NCBI RefSeq assembly: GCF_964213995.1
Contig: NC_135830.1
Location: 17,112,001-17,176,000, forward strand
Direction of reading: 5' to 3'
DNA: 64,000 bases
DNA from: Mustelus asterias
Taxonomy: Eukaryota
Shown: in pieces, positions 25,466-37,434 of the stretch
How the letters are laid out: each line of letters starts with the position of its first letter
Numbering within the stretch: the stretch's first letter is position 1
The notes under the pieces: model-generated
The model's database searches: none
What the model saw: the letters and a program-made list of their open reading frames with translations, nothing else
Told to the model about the DNA's origin: nothing
Translations under genes and position numbers: made by a program

Positions 25466-27157
25466 ACCTTGTTCATTATAAAACAGGGGAGTCTTGATGC
25501 TGTTGCTGATAACCACAGCAACTGGGCTGCAGTTGGAAGAATTTTCATTTATATAGTGCCTTTCACAACCTCAGGGTACCTCGATGCGCAGACAGAAATG
25601 TGATGCTGATCAGAGGTGATCTGTTTTTAGTGAGGTTGGCTGAGAGTGAAATATATAATAAATTTATAATAGAATTTTACACTAAGTTTGAAAACAATGT
25701 TACTCAATCTGAAACAGGAGTCTTAAATCCTAACAGAAGTAACCGTGAAGTTATGAGGGGGCAACTGGATTGTGGTGTATTAGGAAAATACCGAAAAGCA
25801 GTGGATCCGTTGTCAACAAATGTATTCCCACAAACAAAGCTGATAAATGACTGAGTCAATCTCTTCCCACACACACAACCACCATCATCGAGAAGGACAA
25901 GGACAGCAGACACATGGGAACACCACCTGCTGGAAATTCCCCTCCTAGCCACACACCTTCCTAACTTGGAAATACATCACCGTTCCTTCATTGTCACTGG
26001 ATCAAAATCCTGTAATTCCCTCCCTAACAGCACTATGGGTGTACCTACAACACATGGACTGAAGGAAGGCAGCTCACCACCACCTTCTCAGTAAATTTAT
26101 GCAAAAGTCTGAAAACATGTACCAAACGACTCAAGAACAACTTCTTCCTTACTGTCATGTTTGAATGGTCCTATCATATATTAAGCTGATCTTTCTCTTC
26201 ACCCTACCTGTACCTGCACCCTATCCTTTCCTTCTCCCCATGTACTCCATGAAAGGTATGCTTTGTCTGTATAGCGTGCAAGAAACAATACTTTTCAGTG
26301 GATCCCAATACATTTGACAATAAATCAAATCAAAATTTAATGCACATGTTGTGAAGTAGAAATCATGCAGGGCAATTGCAACACTTGTGAGGGACAGTGC
26401 AAGGCTCCCTCTACACTTTCCCATCAAACACTCCTAAGGTATGTACAACCCATCTAAGGTACAGAGGAAAGTTCTCTCCAAATCATCCTGTGAAAAACTC
26501 CCAGGTGAAGCACTGCCCAAGCTAGGTACAAAGGAAAACTCCCGTTACATGCCACATCAAACAGTGCCAGAGAGGAGGAACACTTTGGATAAGAAAAACT
26601 CCATCTGCACTGCCCCACCAAACACTCCCAGCCCATAATGAGCTGGGTTCCAGGAGGTTAGTTACCAGGTGATTAAATTATGTCATAAAGCAACACCATT
26701 TAATCCAGCTGGTCCTCTCTTTGACCTTTTAAAAATGGAGAATTGGGACATCCTTTCCCCAAACAGCGCCAGAGAGTAGGCACAGTTTTCATAAACTCCC
26801 TCTACACCGCCCCATCAAACACTCCCAGCCCAGAATGAGCTGAGCTCAAGGAGGTTAGTTACCAGGCAATGAAATTATGTCTTTGGTGGAGGCAGGCACG
26901 CTGACATCGTTTAAGACTTACCTGGATTGTCACATGAGCAGCCTGGGAATGGAGGGATACAAACGATTGGTCTAGTTGGACCAAGGAGCGGCACAGGCTT
27001 GGAGGGCCGAAGGGCCTGTTTCCTGTGCTGTACTGTTCTTTGTTCTTTGTCTTAAAACATCCCCATTCGATCAAGCATCTTGTTCATACTGGGAATGTCA
27101 GGGTGAAAACTGGGACATTCTGTCTCCAAACACATCCCCTCCTGTTCACACCGAGAA

Positions 27158-28017
27158 TGATGTGGAGATGCCGGCATTGGACTGGGGTAAACACAGTAAG
27201 AAATCTCACAACACCAGGTTAAAGTCCAACAGGTTTATTTGGTAGCAAAAGACACTAGCTTTCGGAGCACTGCTCCTTCGTCAGGTGAATGGGATTTCAG
27301 TTCACAAACAGGGCATATAAAGACAAACTCAATTTACAAAATAATGGTTGGAATGCGAGTCTTTATAGGTAATCCAGTCTTAAAGGTACAGACAATGTGA
27401 GTGGAGAGAGGGTTAAGCACAGGTTAAAGGGATGTGTATTGTCTTCAGCCAGGACAGTTAGTGAGATTTTGCAGGCCCAGGCAAGTCGTGGGGGTTACAG
27501 ATGGTGTGACATGAACCCAAGATCCTGGTTGAGGCCATCCTCATGTGTGCGGAACTTGGCCATCAGTCTCTGCATTCTCCAAGGCGGCCTTCACGACAAC
27601 GCAGAGTCGCTGAGCAGAGACTGATAGCCAATTTCCGCGCACGAGGACGGCCTCAACCGGGATCTTGGGTTCATGTCACACTATCTGTAACCCCAACGAC
27701 TTGCAAAATCTCACTAACTGTCCTGGCTGGAGACAATACACATCTCTTTAACCTGTGCTTAACCCTCTCTCCACTCATTGTCTGTACCTTTAAGACTTGA
27801 TTACCTGTAAAGACTCACATTCTAACCATTATTTTGTAAATTGAGTTTGTATCTTTATATGCCCTGTTTGTGAACAGAACTCCCACTCACCTGAAGAAGG
27901 GGCTTGGGGCTCCGAAAGCTCATGGCTTTTGCTATCAAATAAACCTGTTGGACTTTAACCTGGTGTTGTGACACTTCTTACTGTGTTTACCCCAATTCAA
28001 CGCTGGCATCTCCACAT
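27158..28017. mobile_element. Penelope-like inverted-repeat insertion (~400-bp arms)
   Basis: Left arm (-) to ~27575, right arm (+) from ~27576; both contain the GIY-YIG end and pLTR. Confidence 0.82.
27253..27287 (-). ncRNA. Minimal type I hammerhead ribozyme motif
   Basis: Reverse complement is CAC-CTGACGA-AGGAGCAGTGCTCC-GAAA-GCTA-GTG, with a perfect GGAGCA/TGCTCC stem II. Confidence 0.78.
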
Positions 28018-28139
28018 TTTGGAAATATATCACCATTCCTTCACAGTCGCTGGGTCAAAATCCTGGAATTCCCTCCCTATCAGCAGGGTGGATGTACTTG
28101 CACAACATGGACTGCAGTGGGTTCAGGTCCCATACATCA

Positions 28140-28800
28140 CAAAGGTAGACACTCCTGCGTCCCCGACAAACATGGCGATCCCTGCTGCACATTGCCCCTT
28201 ACAAAGATGCCGGCCGCACATGCGCACTGATAGACATTGCCACCAACAGACTGGCGGCGGCCGTCAGCCCAGCCCAACACGACAAGTTGCGCCTCCAATT
28301 TGGTACCAACAGGGTGCCCGGGAAGTTATTTACCAGGGTTTGGGTTTGAACAACATGTTTACGAAGGCTCTCCACCCACCCGCCACATTCATCGCTCTCT
28401 GCGCGCCGCTCTCTACCTTGAACTGATCTTGGATCCGAGTTAAAACCGTCCGTCCGCCGCCATTACCCGCACTGCGCATGCTTCAGACCCCTCCCCTATT
28501 CACTCTGGTTGGAGGACCAGCCGCTCCCGCTCGGTCCTCCAGCCCCGCCCCCTTTTCCTCTTGGCCCGGAACCGCCGTCAATCAGTCCCCGGGCATGTGA
28601 CGTTGGGCATGCGCAGTGCGGCTCATGTCCAGGGACAGGCGCTTGTTTGTCTGATCTTCAAGCGGAGGCAGCGTTAGGGGCAGTGGGTGGGAGGGGAGGC
28701 TCCACACACCCAGTGGAGGCTTCAACACCCCCAATAAGGAACTAGCGGCACCGCCTCAACACCCAACACAACGGCAGCTGCAGCGCTTCCTCCCGGGGCC
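28140..28800. promoter_or_regulatory. CpG-rich ZNF promoter cassette 3 (inverted copy of cassette 1)
   Basis: 28500-28630 is the reverse complement of ~1415-1545, 28160-28230 of ~1800-1860, and 28714-28738 of ~1060-1085. Confidence 0.72.
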
Positions 28801-29044
28801 AGGCCCCAGTGGACAAATGTGGCTTCAGGAAGGAAATGCAGCAATGGGTTTGATTTGATTTATTATTGTCACATGTATTGGGATACAGTGAAAAGTATTG
28901 TTTCTTGCGCGGTGTACAGACAAAGCATACTGTTCATAGAGTACATAGGGGAGTAGGAAAGGAGAGAGTGCAGAATGTAGTGTTACAGTTACAGAAAGGG
29001 TGAAGAGAAAGATCAGCTTAATATGAGGTCGGTCCATTCAAAAG

Positions 29045-30145
29045 GAGGAGGCTTTGGAGAGGGTACAGAAAAGATTTACCAGGATGTTGCCTGGTATGGA
29101 GGGCATTAGTTATGAGAAGAGGTTGGAGAAACTTGGTTTGTTCTCACTGGAACAACGGAGGTTGAGGGGTGAACTGATAGAATTCTACAAGATTATGAGG
29201 GGCATGGACAGACTGGATAGTCAGAAGCTTTTTCCCAGGATGGAAGAGTCAATTACTAGGAGGCACAGGTTTAAGGTGTGAGGGGCGAGGTTTAATGGAG
29301 ATGTTTGAGGCAAGTTTTTTACACATAGTCATAGAGGTTTACAGCATGGAAACAGGTCCTTTGGCCAACTTGTCCATGCCACCCTTTTTTAAAAAAACTT
29401 CTAAGCTAATCCCAATTGCCCGCATTTGGCCCATATCCCTCTATGCCCATTGTACCCATGTAACTATCTAAATGCTTTTTAAAAGACAAAATTGTACCCG
29501 CCTCTACTCCTACGTCTGGCAGCTTGTTCCAGACACTCACCACCCTCTGTGTGAAAAAACTGCCCCTCTGGACACTTTTGTATCTCTCCCCTCTCACCTT
29601 AAACCTATGCCCTCTAGTTTTAGATTCCCCTACCTTTGGGAAAAGATATTGACCATCTCGCTGATCTGTGCCTCTCATTATTTTATAGACTTCTACAAGA
29701 TCAACCCTCAGCCTCCGACGCTCCAGAGAAAAAAGTCCCAGTCTATCCAGTCTCTCCTCATAACTCAATCCATCAAGTCCTGGTCGCATCCTAGTAAATC
29801 TTTTCTGCACTCTTTCTAGTTTAATAATATCCTTTCTATAATAGGGTGACCAGAATTACACACAGTATTCCAAGTGTGGCCTTACCAATGTCTTGTCCCA
29901 CTTCAACAAGACATTCCAACTCCTGTATTCAATGTTCTGACCGATGAAACCAGGCATGCCGAATGCCTTCTTCACCATTCTGTCCACCTGTGACTCCATT
30001 TTCAAGGAGCTATGAACATGTACCCCAAGATCTCTTTGTTCTGTAACTCTCCCCAACGCCCTACCATTAACTGAGTAAGTCCTGCCCTGGTTCAATCTAC
30101 CAAAATGCATCACCTCGCATTTGTCTAAATTAAACTCCACCCGCA
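29045..30145. mobile_element. Two CR1 LINE 3' fragments (+ 29045-29325; - 29326-30145)
   Basis: ORFs with ERVQKRFTRMLPG..YEERL..LGLFSLERRRLR and EFNLDKCEVMHFG motifs. Confidence 0.85.
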
Positions 30146-30617
30146 AGTGGTTCTGATGTTACAGAAAAATAACTTGGCAATAATAGTCAATTACAGCAAA
30201 TCAGAAACCAGGAATGTTTCTAATCCTTCATTGACGGACATATTCGCTAATTAAATCCTAGCTTTTCACCCTTTCGCATTCGATGAAAAATTGACTCCTG
30301 CTAATCTTTTATTTGCATAGCATATCCCCATATCTCGCCTTTGGTATTTGTTATGGAGAAATCTGGCCTTGCTCACCCTCTGGTGAAGGCCGAAAAGCAG
30401 AATGTTCTGGGGCCTACGCAGGTGAAGATTAGCCTGTTCATGCTGAAATAGCAGACACTGACTCCTTTGAAGGTCTGCAAGCCGATAAACATTTTCACTC
30501 GCTGTTAAAGAGAAGGCAGGAAACTTTAATCTGAGCATTTCCACATAGTCAGCCCTGCTTCGTGCATGTGTTAGAGTGGGCCAAGGCTGAGGCAGCTGTC
30601 GTATATATATTTATAGA

Positions 30618-30797
30618 GAGAGAATAGATGAACATTTCGAGTCTGGATGACCCTTTGTCAGAACTCTGATGAAGGGCCATCCAGACTTTAAATGTTGGCT
30701 CCATTCTCTCTCCACAGATGCTGTCAGACCTGCTGACATTTTCCAGCATTTTCTGTTTTTGTTTCAGATTCCAGCATCCGCAATATTTTGCTTTTAT
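30618..30797. mobile_element. Second Penelope-like family, short inverted pLTR
   Basis: CATTTCGAGTCTGGATGACCCTTTGTCAG faces CTGATGAAGGGCCATCCAGACTTTAAATG; related pieces at 12500-12625 and 23208-23310. Confidence 0.55.
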
Positions 30798-31811
30798 ATG
30801 TATTTATATATCCAAATGTGCTATGTTAACAAAATGGACAGTTACTAACCGAAACATAAAGCATCATGTGATTTAGCTGACTTGACCATATTCCTATAGT
30901 TATTCAGTCATTAAAGACACAGTCATGGAGCATTAAATTTGCCAAGCAGGGTCCCTTGTATCAGCACACAGGCCGCTGCTTTGTGAGACTGCGAGCAGAA
31001 CAGACAAGTCAGAGATAAGAGTGTCTTGAGAAGAGAGATTCATTGTGAAGGATCAGGGACAGTTGATAAGATGTAGGAATTCTATGATTCTAATGAACAT
31101 TCTTTCCTCTCTCATTTCCCAAAAACTGTAAATCTCCATCCCACACACTCTCCCTCCATTCTCACTCTGCTGTATCTAATATTCACCCTCCCAGTTCTCC
31201 TGAAGGTGCTGATTGAGGCTGATTAACAGATCCATGCTCACTGCTTCCTGTCCTGGACACAGAAATCATAAGAAACAGGAGCTGCAGTTGGCCATTCAGC
31301 CCATCGAACTGCCTCAACCATTCATTGAGAATTGGCTGATCTACCACAGCATCATTTCCCACGCTATCCCCCAGATAGAGAGAGAATAGAGCCAATGTTT
31401 CGAGTCTGGAGAGAGGAAAGAATGTTCCATAGAAACTAGAATTGTGTGTTCTGAATTTCTATCCTGCACTGACACTGATGATCTCTGTAAACTTGTTTTA
31501 CAGGATACTGAAAGAGGAATCACAGGCCGAAATCTCAAACGTTGTGTCTAGATCTGACAGAGTCATATTCCTTGGGACCTGAATATCATCGGCCTTTGAA
31601 TCGAGGAGAAATGGTTGTCCGGTCTGATGACTTGAAAAGATTTCAAACATCAGTGTGACTGGAAAAGTGCCAACACACTGCCAGACTGGAGTGAGTGTGT
31701 TCCAGTGCACTGAGCTTGAACCAGTTACACAGCCTGAATAAATATCACACCATTCACAGCAGGGGTGTGGACGAGTCTTCAACTGAAAAGAGAGGCAAGG
31801 ACACCTGCACC

Positions 31812-32513
31812 ATGGAGATACCATGGAAATGTGGGGACTGTGGGAAGAGATACAGATACCCATCTGATCTGGAAGCTCATCGGCGCAGCCACACTGGGGA
31901 GAGGCCATTTACTTGCTCTCACTGTGCGAAGGGATTCAGTCAGTTATCCAGCCTGTGGACACACCAGCGAGTTCACACTGGGGAGAGGCCATTCACCTGC
32001 TCTCAGTGTGAGAAGGGATTCACTGATTTATCCACCCTGCGGACACACCAGCGAGTTCACACTGGGGAGAGGCCGTTCACCTGCTCTCAGTGTGGGAAGG
32101 GGTTCAATCGATTATCCAGCCTGCAGAGACACCAACGAGCTCACACTGGGGAGACACCATTCACCTGTTCTCAGTGTGGGAAGGAATTCACTCGGTCATC
32201 CAGCCTGCAGACACACCAGCGAGTTCACACTGGGGAGAGACCGTTCACCTGCTCTCAGTGTGGGGAGGGATTCACTCGGTCATCCAGCCTACGGACACAC
32301 CAGCGAGTTCACGCTGGGGAGAGGCCATTCACCTGCTCTCAGTGTGAGAAGGGATTCACTGATTTATCCACCCTGCAGAGACACCAGCGAGTTCACACTG
32401 GGGAGTGGCCGTTCACCTGCTCTATGTGTGGGAAGGGGTTCAGTCAATTAGCTAAGCTGGAGACCCACCAGCGTGTTCACACTGGGGAGAGACCATTCTC
32501 CTGCTCTATGTGA
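31812..32513 (+). CDS. C2H2 zinc-finger protein, 8 fingers, premature stop in finger 9
   Basis: ATG at 31812 ([10 protein letters not shown]). TGT>TGA at 32511-32513; finger coding continues, with a frameshift, to ~32652. Acceptor ttgttttacag at 31503. Confidence 0.85.
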   Translation: MEIPWKCGDCGKRYRYPSDLEAHRRSHTGERPFTCSHCAKGFSQLSSLWTHQRVHTGERPFTCSQCEKGFTDLSTLRTHQRVHTGERPFTCSQCGKGFNRLSSLQRHQRAHTGETPFTCSQCGKEFTRSSSLQTHQRVHTGERPFTCSQCGEGFTRSSSLRTHQRVHAGERPFTCSQCEKGFTDLSTLQRHQRVHTGEWPFTCSMCGKGFSQLAKLETHQRVHTGERPFSCSM

Positions 32514-33774
32514 GAGAAGGGATTCACTGGTTTATTCACCCTGCAGAGTCACCAGCGAGTCCACACTGGGGAGAGGCCGTTCACCTGCTCTGTGTGGGAA
32601 GGGATTCAGAGTTTCATCCCAGCTGCTGAGACACCAACAAGTTCACAAGTGATTCCAGGGGTTGGATTCTGCTGTTATTGTTTCTGCTCTCAATTACATC
32701 CAGGACTGCATTTTGTTCATTCTCACAGTTGGTCAATGGGGAGGGTCGGAGGGTTTCTTTCTGCTGGACTGGCCGGTCTCATGACTTTGCCTCCAGTGGG
32801 CTGATGCTCTTTGAGTCTTGTTGCAAATACCTGGTTTCAGATTTCACAAGGATCACAGAGTGACAGGGGGTTAGGAAGTTCAGAGATATTTCGTCAGCAT
32901 TTCTGTTTGAAACCTTCCAATGCCCATCCAATTTCCTTTGTAATTGTTTATTGTCTCCACTTCCTCCACCCTCGTAGGCAGCGAGTACCAGGTCATTACC
33001 ATTCGCTGCATCAAAATATTCTTCCTCACATCCCCCCTTCCTCCCTGACCCAAAACCATAAATCTGTGACCCCCTCATCCTTGTCCTGTCAGCTAATGGG
33101 AACAGCTTTTCTTTGTCCACCTTATCTAAACCTGTCAGAATCTTGTCCACCTCTATCAAATCTCCCCTCAACCTCCTTTGCTCCAAGGGGAAGAGCCCCA
33201 GCCTGACATTGACAATAAAGAACAAACTCACAGAATATGTTAATACCTGAAATCAAATGGGAATGTTGAATTTCTGTTTTAAAGAAATCATGAATATATT
33301 GTCCTGTACAATAAAGGGATTTGAATAACTCAGCTTGGGTGCAGTTAATGAGACATGGTCCAAAATGTATGCCAGAGTTATCTTCTGAGCTAAATGATCT
33401 TCAATAAGAGTGCTTTTACAAATGGAAGTAAAGTTGTTAGTGTGTAAGTAGCATGTTTCATAGGACAATTCCATTTCTAGTTTTGTTTGTACATGGGGTG
33501 ATTGGGACCAAAATGATTAATTGTTTATCTTTTCACCCACATATTGGTAATAAACGACCTTTTTTAATGCACAAAAAAAAAATGAAATGTATCAATCTGG
33601 TATCCACCCACAGTCCCGAGGAAGTCTGGAATGTGTAGCTGGAAATCCCTCCCTAACAGCACTGTGGGTGTACCTACACCTCAGGCATGATAGCAGTTCA
33701 GGAAGGCAGTGTTGGTGCTGATCGTGGGCGAGGCAGCTACAAACAGCCACATGTCCTGTTATAATTGTAAGTTT

Positions 33775-34130
33775 CAATCTGAAGCTCATTGGACAACTTC
33801 CGCATTGAGCAGGGGGAGCCCCGCCCCACCCTTTGTTCCCCATCCCCCTGCACCTCTTCCAGCCACGGTTTCCAGGCAACCAGCTGGCGGTTCCGGCCAG
33901 AGCCAGGAGCCGCGCGGTGACTGCGCATGTCCAAGGGAGAGGGGAAGATGCGCGTGTTCGGGGGAACCAACCTTTTGACCTGCAGGCTGAGGTGTTGGCC
34001 AATGGAAAGTTGGAGGACCGGAAGTTCACTGGTCCTCCAGTCAATCAGAGCGCCCCCATTGTCTGAATGCGGAAGTGGACAATGAGCTTGTTCAGCTGCT
34101 CATTCCTGCCCAGCAAAGTTGCTGCTGCTG
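33775..34130. promoter_or_regulatory. CpG-rich promoter cassette 4 with mirrored end motifs
   Basis: GC box (~33820), TGCGCATG (~33922), CCAAT (~33999), ETS-like CGGAAGT (34019, 34070). Inverted pair at 33782-33806 and 34066-34089. Confidence 0.65.
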
Positions 34131-34436
34131 CTTCTCTCTCAATGAGAATTGAGCTTCAGACGGCCTGAAACGTGCCTCCTCTGGGGCAGCGCCTGCACTT
34201 TGTTTCGGGGGTGGGGTGAGTTCACGTTCGCCCGAGTAGCGGGGGGCCCCGGGTCGGAGCCGGGCGGAAACTGTGGGTTTGTTTTCTTTTCTTTTTTTGT
34301 GAGTACCTTTATTTTTTTTTTCTCTCGTTTTTGCTCACGGAGACGCCCGGTTTTTGTTTTTGTTTTGTTGGGTTTGTTTGTTTTTCGCTCCCTGCGGGGA
34401 GGAAGGAGGGAGGTGAGCTGCTGCCTGCCTTGCCCG

Positions 34437-34908
34437 GCCTGCCTGCCGTCTGGCCTGCTTACCTGCCTGCCTGCCGTCTGGCCTGCTTACCTGCCTGCCT
34501 GCCGTCTGGCCTGCTTACCTGCCTGCCTGCCGTCTGGCCTGCTTACCTGCCTGCCTGCCGTCTGGCCTGCTTACCTGCCTGCCTGCCGTCTGGCCTGCTT
34601 ACCTGCCTGCCTGCCGTCTGGCCTGCTTACCTGCCTGCCTGCCGTCTGGCCTGCTTACCTGCCTGCCTGCCGTCTGGCCTGCTTACCTGCCTGCCTGCCG
34701 TCTGGCCTGCTTACCTGCCTGCCTGCCGTCTGGCCTGCTTACCTGCCTGCCTGCCGTCTGGCCTGCTTACCTGCCTGCCTGCCGTCTGGCCTGCTTACCT
34801 GCCTGCCTGCCGTCTGGCCTGCTTACCTACCTGCCTGCCTGCCGTCTGGACTGCCTGCCTGCCTGCCGTCTGGGCTGCCTGCCGTCTGGACTGCCTGCTT
34901 GCCTGCCA
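34437..34908 (+). repeat. 28-bp minisatellite in the Tx1 5'UTR
   Basis: About 14 identical units of GCCTGCCTGCCGTCTGGCCTGCTTACCT to ~34828, then degenerate units. Confidence 0.92.
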
Positions 34909-35303
34909 TCCGGCCTCTGGAGGGTGTGCTCTCCCCGGGGGGAGGGAGGAAGAGAGGACAGAGCGTAACTGGAGGAGAAGGGGGGGGGGGTGCGAAGGCG
35001 TTTGGACTGTCTCTTCTCCATCTGCAGTGGGGGGGGTGAAGACCTTTTTTCCTAATTCCCCTACCCACTGCTGCTGTCCCCAAGATTGGTGCACCCTCCC
35101 CTTTTTCCCTCCTGACTGGGGCACCGGCCTTGTGCCTTGTCTCCCTCCCACTGCTCCGACCTCCTCTCTCCCTCTCTCGCTCCGGGGAGAGAGCACCTAC
35201 ACCCCTACCCACCTACCCCACCCTCCCTTATTTTTCCCTCCACATATACGCCCTGCCGTACATCTAGGCAGTCTCGGGGTGGGTGTAGCACTCCCTTGAT
35301 ACC

Positions 35304-37406
35304 ATGGCGACATCACCAGCGTCGCCGGTGGCAGGGCCTTCTCGGCCCACCTATGCGGGCGTGGCGGCTGCCAGAGCCCCCGCCGCTCCCAAGGCCCTGC
35401 CGCCATTCTCCCTAATCACGCGGCAGCTCGGGGTGAAGTGCTACGCCCACCCCGACATGTCTATCGAGGCCTGCGTTAAGGCAATGGCTGGGGTTGTCGG
35501 CCCCTCAGCCATTGTCGCGGCCTCTAAGATGTACGGCCGGGCCGTATTCTTCCTGAAGGCCGAGCGGGCGGTTCGCCTCGCCCTGGAAAAGGGGCTCACG
35601 GTGGGCGGGACGTTCCTGGCGGTGGACCCATTGGAGGCCACCGCCCACAAGATAGTAATATCGAACGTCCCGCCCTTCCTACCAAGTGAGCTCCTCCTCC
35701 CCCACCTCCATCTACTGGGGGAGGTCAGGTCCGGGGTGCAGCCGATCCCGCTCGGCCTTCGGGACCCCTCCCTCCGCCATATTTACTCCTTCCGGCGCCA
35801 GGTTTTTGTCCGCCTGGCCCGGGAGGAGGAACTGGAGGGAGGTTTCAATGTCCCCCACGAGGGGACCACGTACCGGGTCTTTTGGTCCGCGGACGGTGTG
35901 CGGTGCCATGCCTGTAAGGAGGCGGGGCACGTGCGGAAAAACTGCCCCGTCTCCAAGGCCGCCGACCACCAACCCAAGGCGGCCGCAGCTGGCACCGCAG
36001 CCCCCTCTCCCCCCAAGCGAGTACCATCTGCCCCCCCGCGAGGGGAGGCCACGCCGGCAGCAGCTGCCACCTCAGCTGCCGGCGGGGGGGGAGCGGAGCC
36101 CCCGCGCGGCCAAAAGGCCCAGAAGGGACCTACAAAAAAGAAGGGGGGTACCGGAACCCCGGCCCCCAGGGAAAACACCCCAACCACCCCGGCAGCCGGC
36201 TCGGGGACCGCCTCAGTCTCCACCTGCGCCCCCCCCCCACCACCACCACCACCACCATCTGCCGGGCCCGTGGGCTCTCCGGGGCCTAGTGCTGGGTCCG
36301 GCGCCCGGGATCATGGGCCCGAGCATGGGGGGGTAAGCGACCCCGAGCCGGCAAAACTGGCGACGCCGCCACCTCGGGGGGAAGTGACGGGAGAGCAGGG
36401 GGGGCGCGGCAAGGCGAAGAGGGGCGGAGGGCGAGGGGCCTCGCCTGCCCGAGGGCAGGTTAACAAAAAGAGGCGGGGCCCCTCGGGCACCGTAGAGTTC
36501 GAGGTCTGCGTGCCCCTCCCCCCTTGTGAGTCATCTCCTGCCGTGCCCCCACCTGTCTTTGTGCCTTGTCCCCAGAAAAAAGGGGGCAAGGCACCCTGTA
36601 AATCCAAGCATGTGTTGCCTCAGTCCCCCGGCGAGGAGTCTCCGGGGCCGGGTGGCAGCGGGGCCCCCGTGGCTCCGTTCCACCCGGCCGGTTACAACCC
36701 GGAGTTCTTCTTCAGTCTGTCGGGGGACTGGGGCGACACTCCAATGTTCATGTCCTCGTGCGGCGGCGGCGAAGAGACGATCCACTCGTCCTCTCCGTCC
36801 CGACCTTGGACGCTGGACATCCCCAACCTCAGTCCGAAGGATACACCGGACCTGGGGGGTGTCCAAGCGTCTGGGGCGGGGGGGGCGGCTGGGCCGCCGT
36901 CGCACGGGGGCCCGCAATCCGGGAAAGGTGAGCCCGGGGGGAACCCCTCCTCCACCGATCCTGGGGGTGGGATCGGGGAGGGGCTAGGGCTAGTTGGTGG
37001 CTCCGTGCCGCCCGCCGTACGTCCTGCGGCGGGGGACTCGGAGTCGAGGGGCGACCGCCCTGAGGAGGTCAGCGGCTCGGTGGAGGGCACGGGGACACTT
37101 TCAGAGTCTGCCCAGAGCGAGGCGGGGGACTCCCTCGTGCCCCCCACCGAGTCGTCCCTCATCCCCTCCAAGGACCTCAGGGTCTTTATCCGTAGCCATT
37201 CCGGTCGCTCCGACATAATCCGGCTAGCCCTCGGCCACTGGCCGGACCTGGCGCAGCTCGTCCGGTCCGTGAAGGCATGCTCGCATGCCTCCGCGGGCCT
37301 GGAGAAAATAGAGCGGCGCTGGGTACTGCGGTTCCTCCACAGGCTCGAAAAGGTGGGAGGTGGACTGGTGAGAATTGCGCCAGCGCCCCCCCACACACCT
37401 AGTTAA
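35304..37406 (+). CDS. Tx1 ORF1 (gag-like nucleic-acid-binding protein), 700 aa
   Basis: Tx1-type N-terminus (IVAASKMYGRAVFFLK, KIVISNVPPFL, SFRRQVFV), zinc knuckle CHACKEAGHVRKNC, long Pro/Gly/Ala-rich tail. Confidence 0.9.
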   Translation: MATSPASPVAGPSRPTYAGVAAARAPAAPKALPPFSLITRQLGVKCYAHPDMSIEACVKAMAGVVGPSAIVAASKMYGRAVFFLKAERAVRLALEKGLTVGGTFLAVDPLEATAHKIVISNVPPFLPSELLLPHLHLLGEVRSGVQPIPLGLRDPSLRHIYSFRRQVFVRLAREEELEGGFNVPHEGTTYRVFWSADGVRCHACKEAGHVRKNCPVSKAADHQPKAAAAGTAAPSPPKRVPSAPPRGEATPAAAATSAAGGGGAEPPRGQKAQKGPTKKKGGTGTPAPRENTPTTPAAGSGTASVSTCAPPPPPPPPPSAGPVGSPGPSAGSGARDHGPEHGGVSDPEPAKLATPPPRGEVTGEQGGRGKAKRGGGRGASPARGQVNKKRRGPSGTVEFEVCVPLPPCESSPAVPPPVFVPCPQKKGGKAPCKSKHVLPQSPGEESPGPGGSGAPVAPFHPAGYNPEFFFSLSGDWGDTPMFMSSCGGGEETIHSSSPSRPWTLDIPNLSPKDTPDLGGVQASGAGGAAGPPSHGGPQSGKGEPGGNPSSTDPGGGIGEGLGLVGGSVPPAVRPAAGDSESRGDRPEEVSGSVEGTGTLSESAQSEAGDSLVPPTESSLIPSKDLRVFIRSHSGRSDIIRLALGHWPDLAQLVRSVKACSHASAGLEKIERRWVLRFLHRLEKVGGGLVRIAPAPPHTPS

Positions 37407-37434
37407 GTGGTGACGGTGGCACAAAGCTGCTGAC

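Noticed and set aside
26560-26885. Two diverged ~125-bp direct repeats
   Set aside because: Old local duplication with no ORF or structure that I can support.
32511-32513. Selenocysteine codon (TGA at a zinc-ligand Cys position)
   Set aside because: A frameshift follows in the next finger (~32591) and I see no SECIS; a simple nonsense mutation is more likely.
34437-34908. CRISPR-like array
   Set aside because: The units abut with no unique spacers, there are no cas genes, and the context is eukaryotic.
34149-35299. 296-aa and 322-aa ORFs (LPAVWPAYLPACRLAC repeats)
   Set aside because: Produced by a stop-free 28-bp tandem repeat in the Tx1 5'UTR; non-ATG starts.
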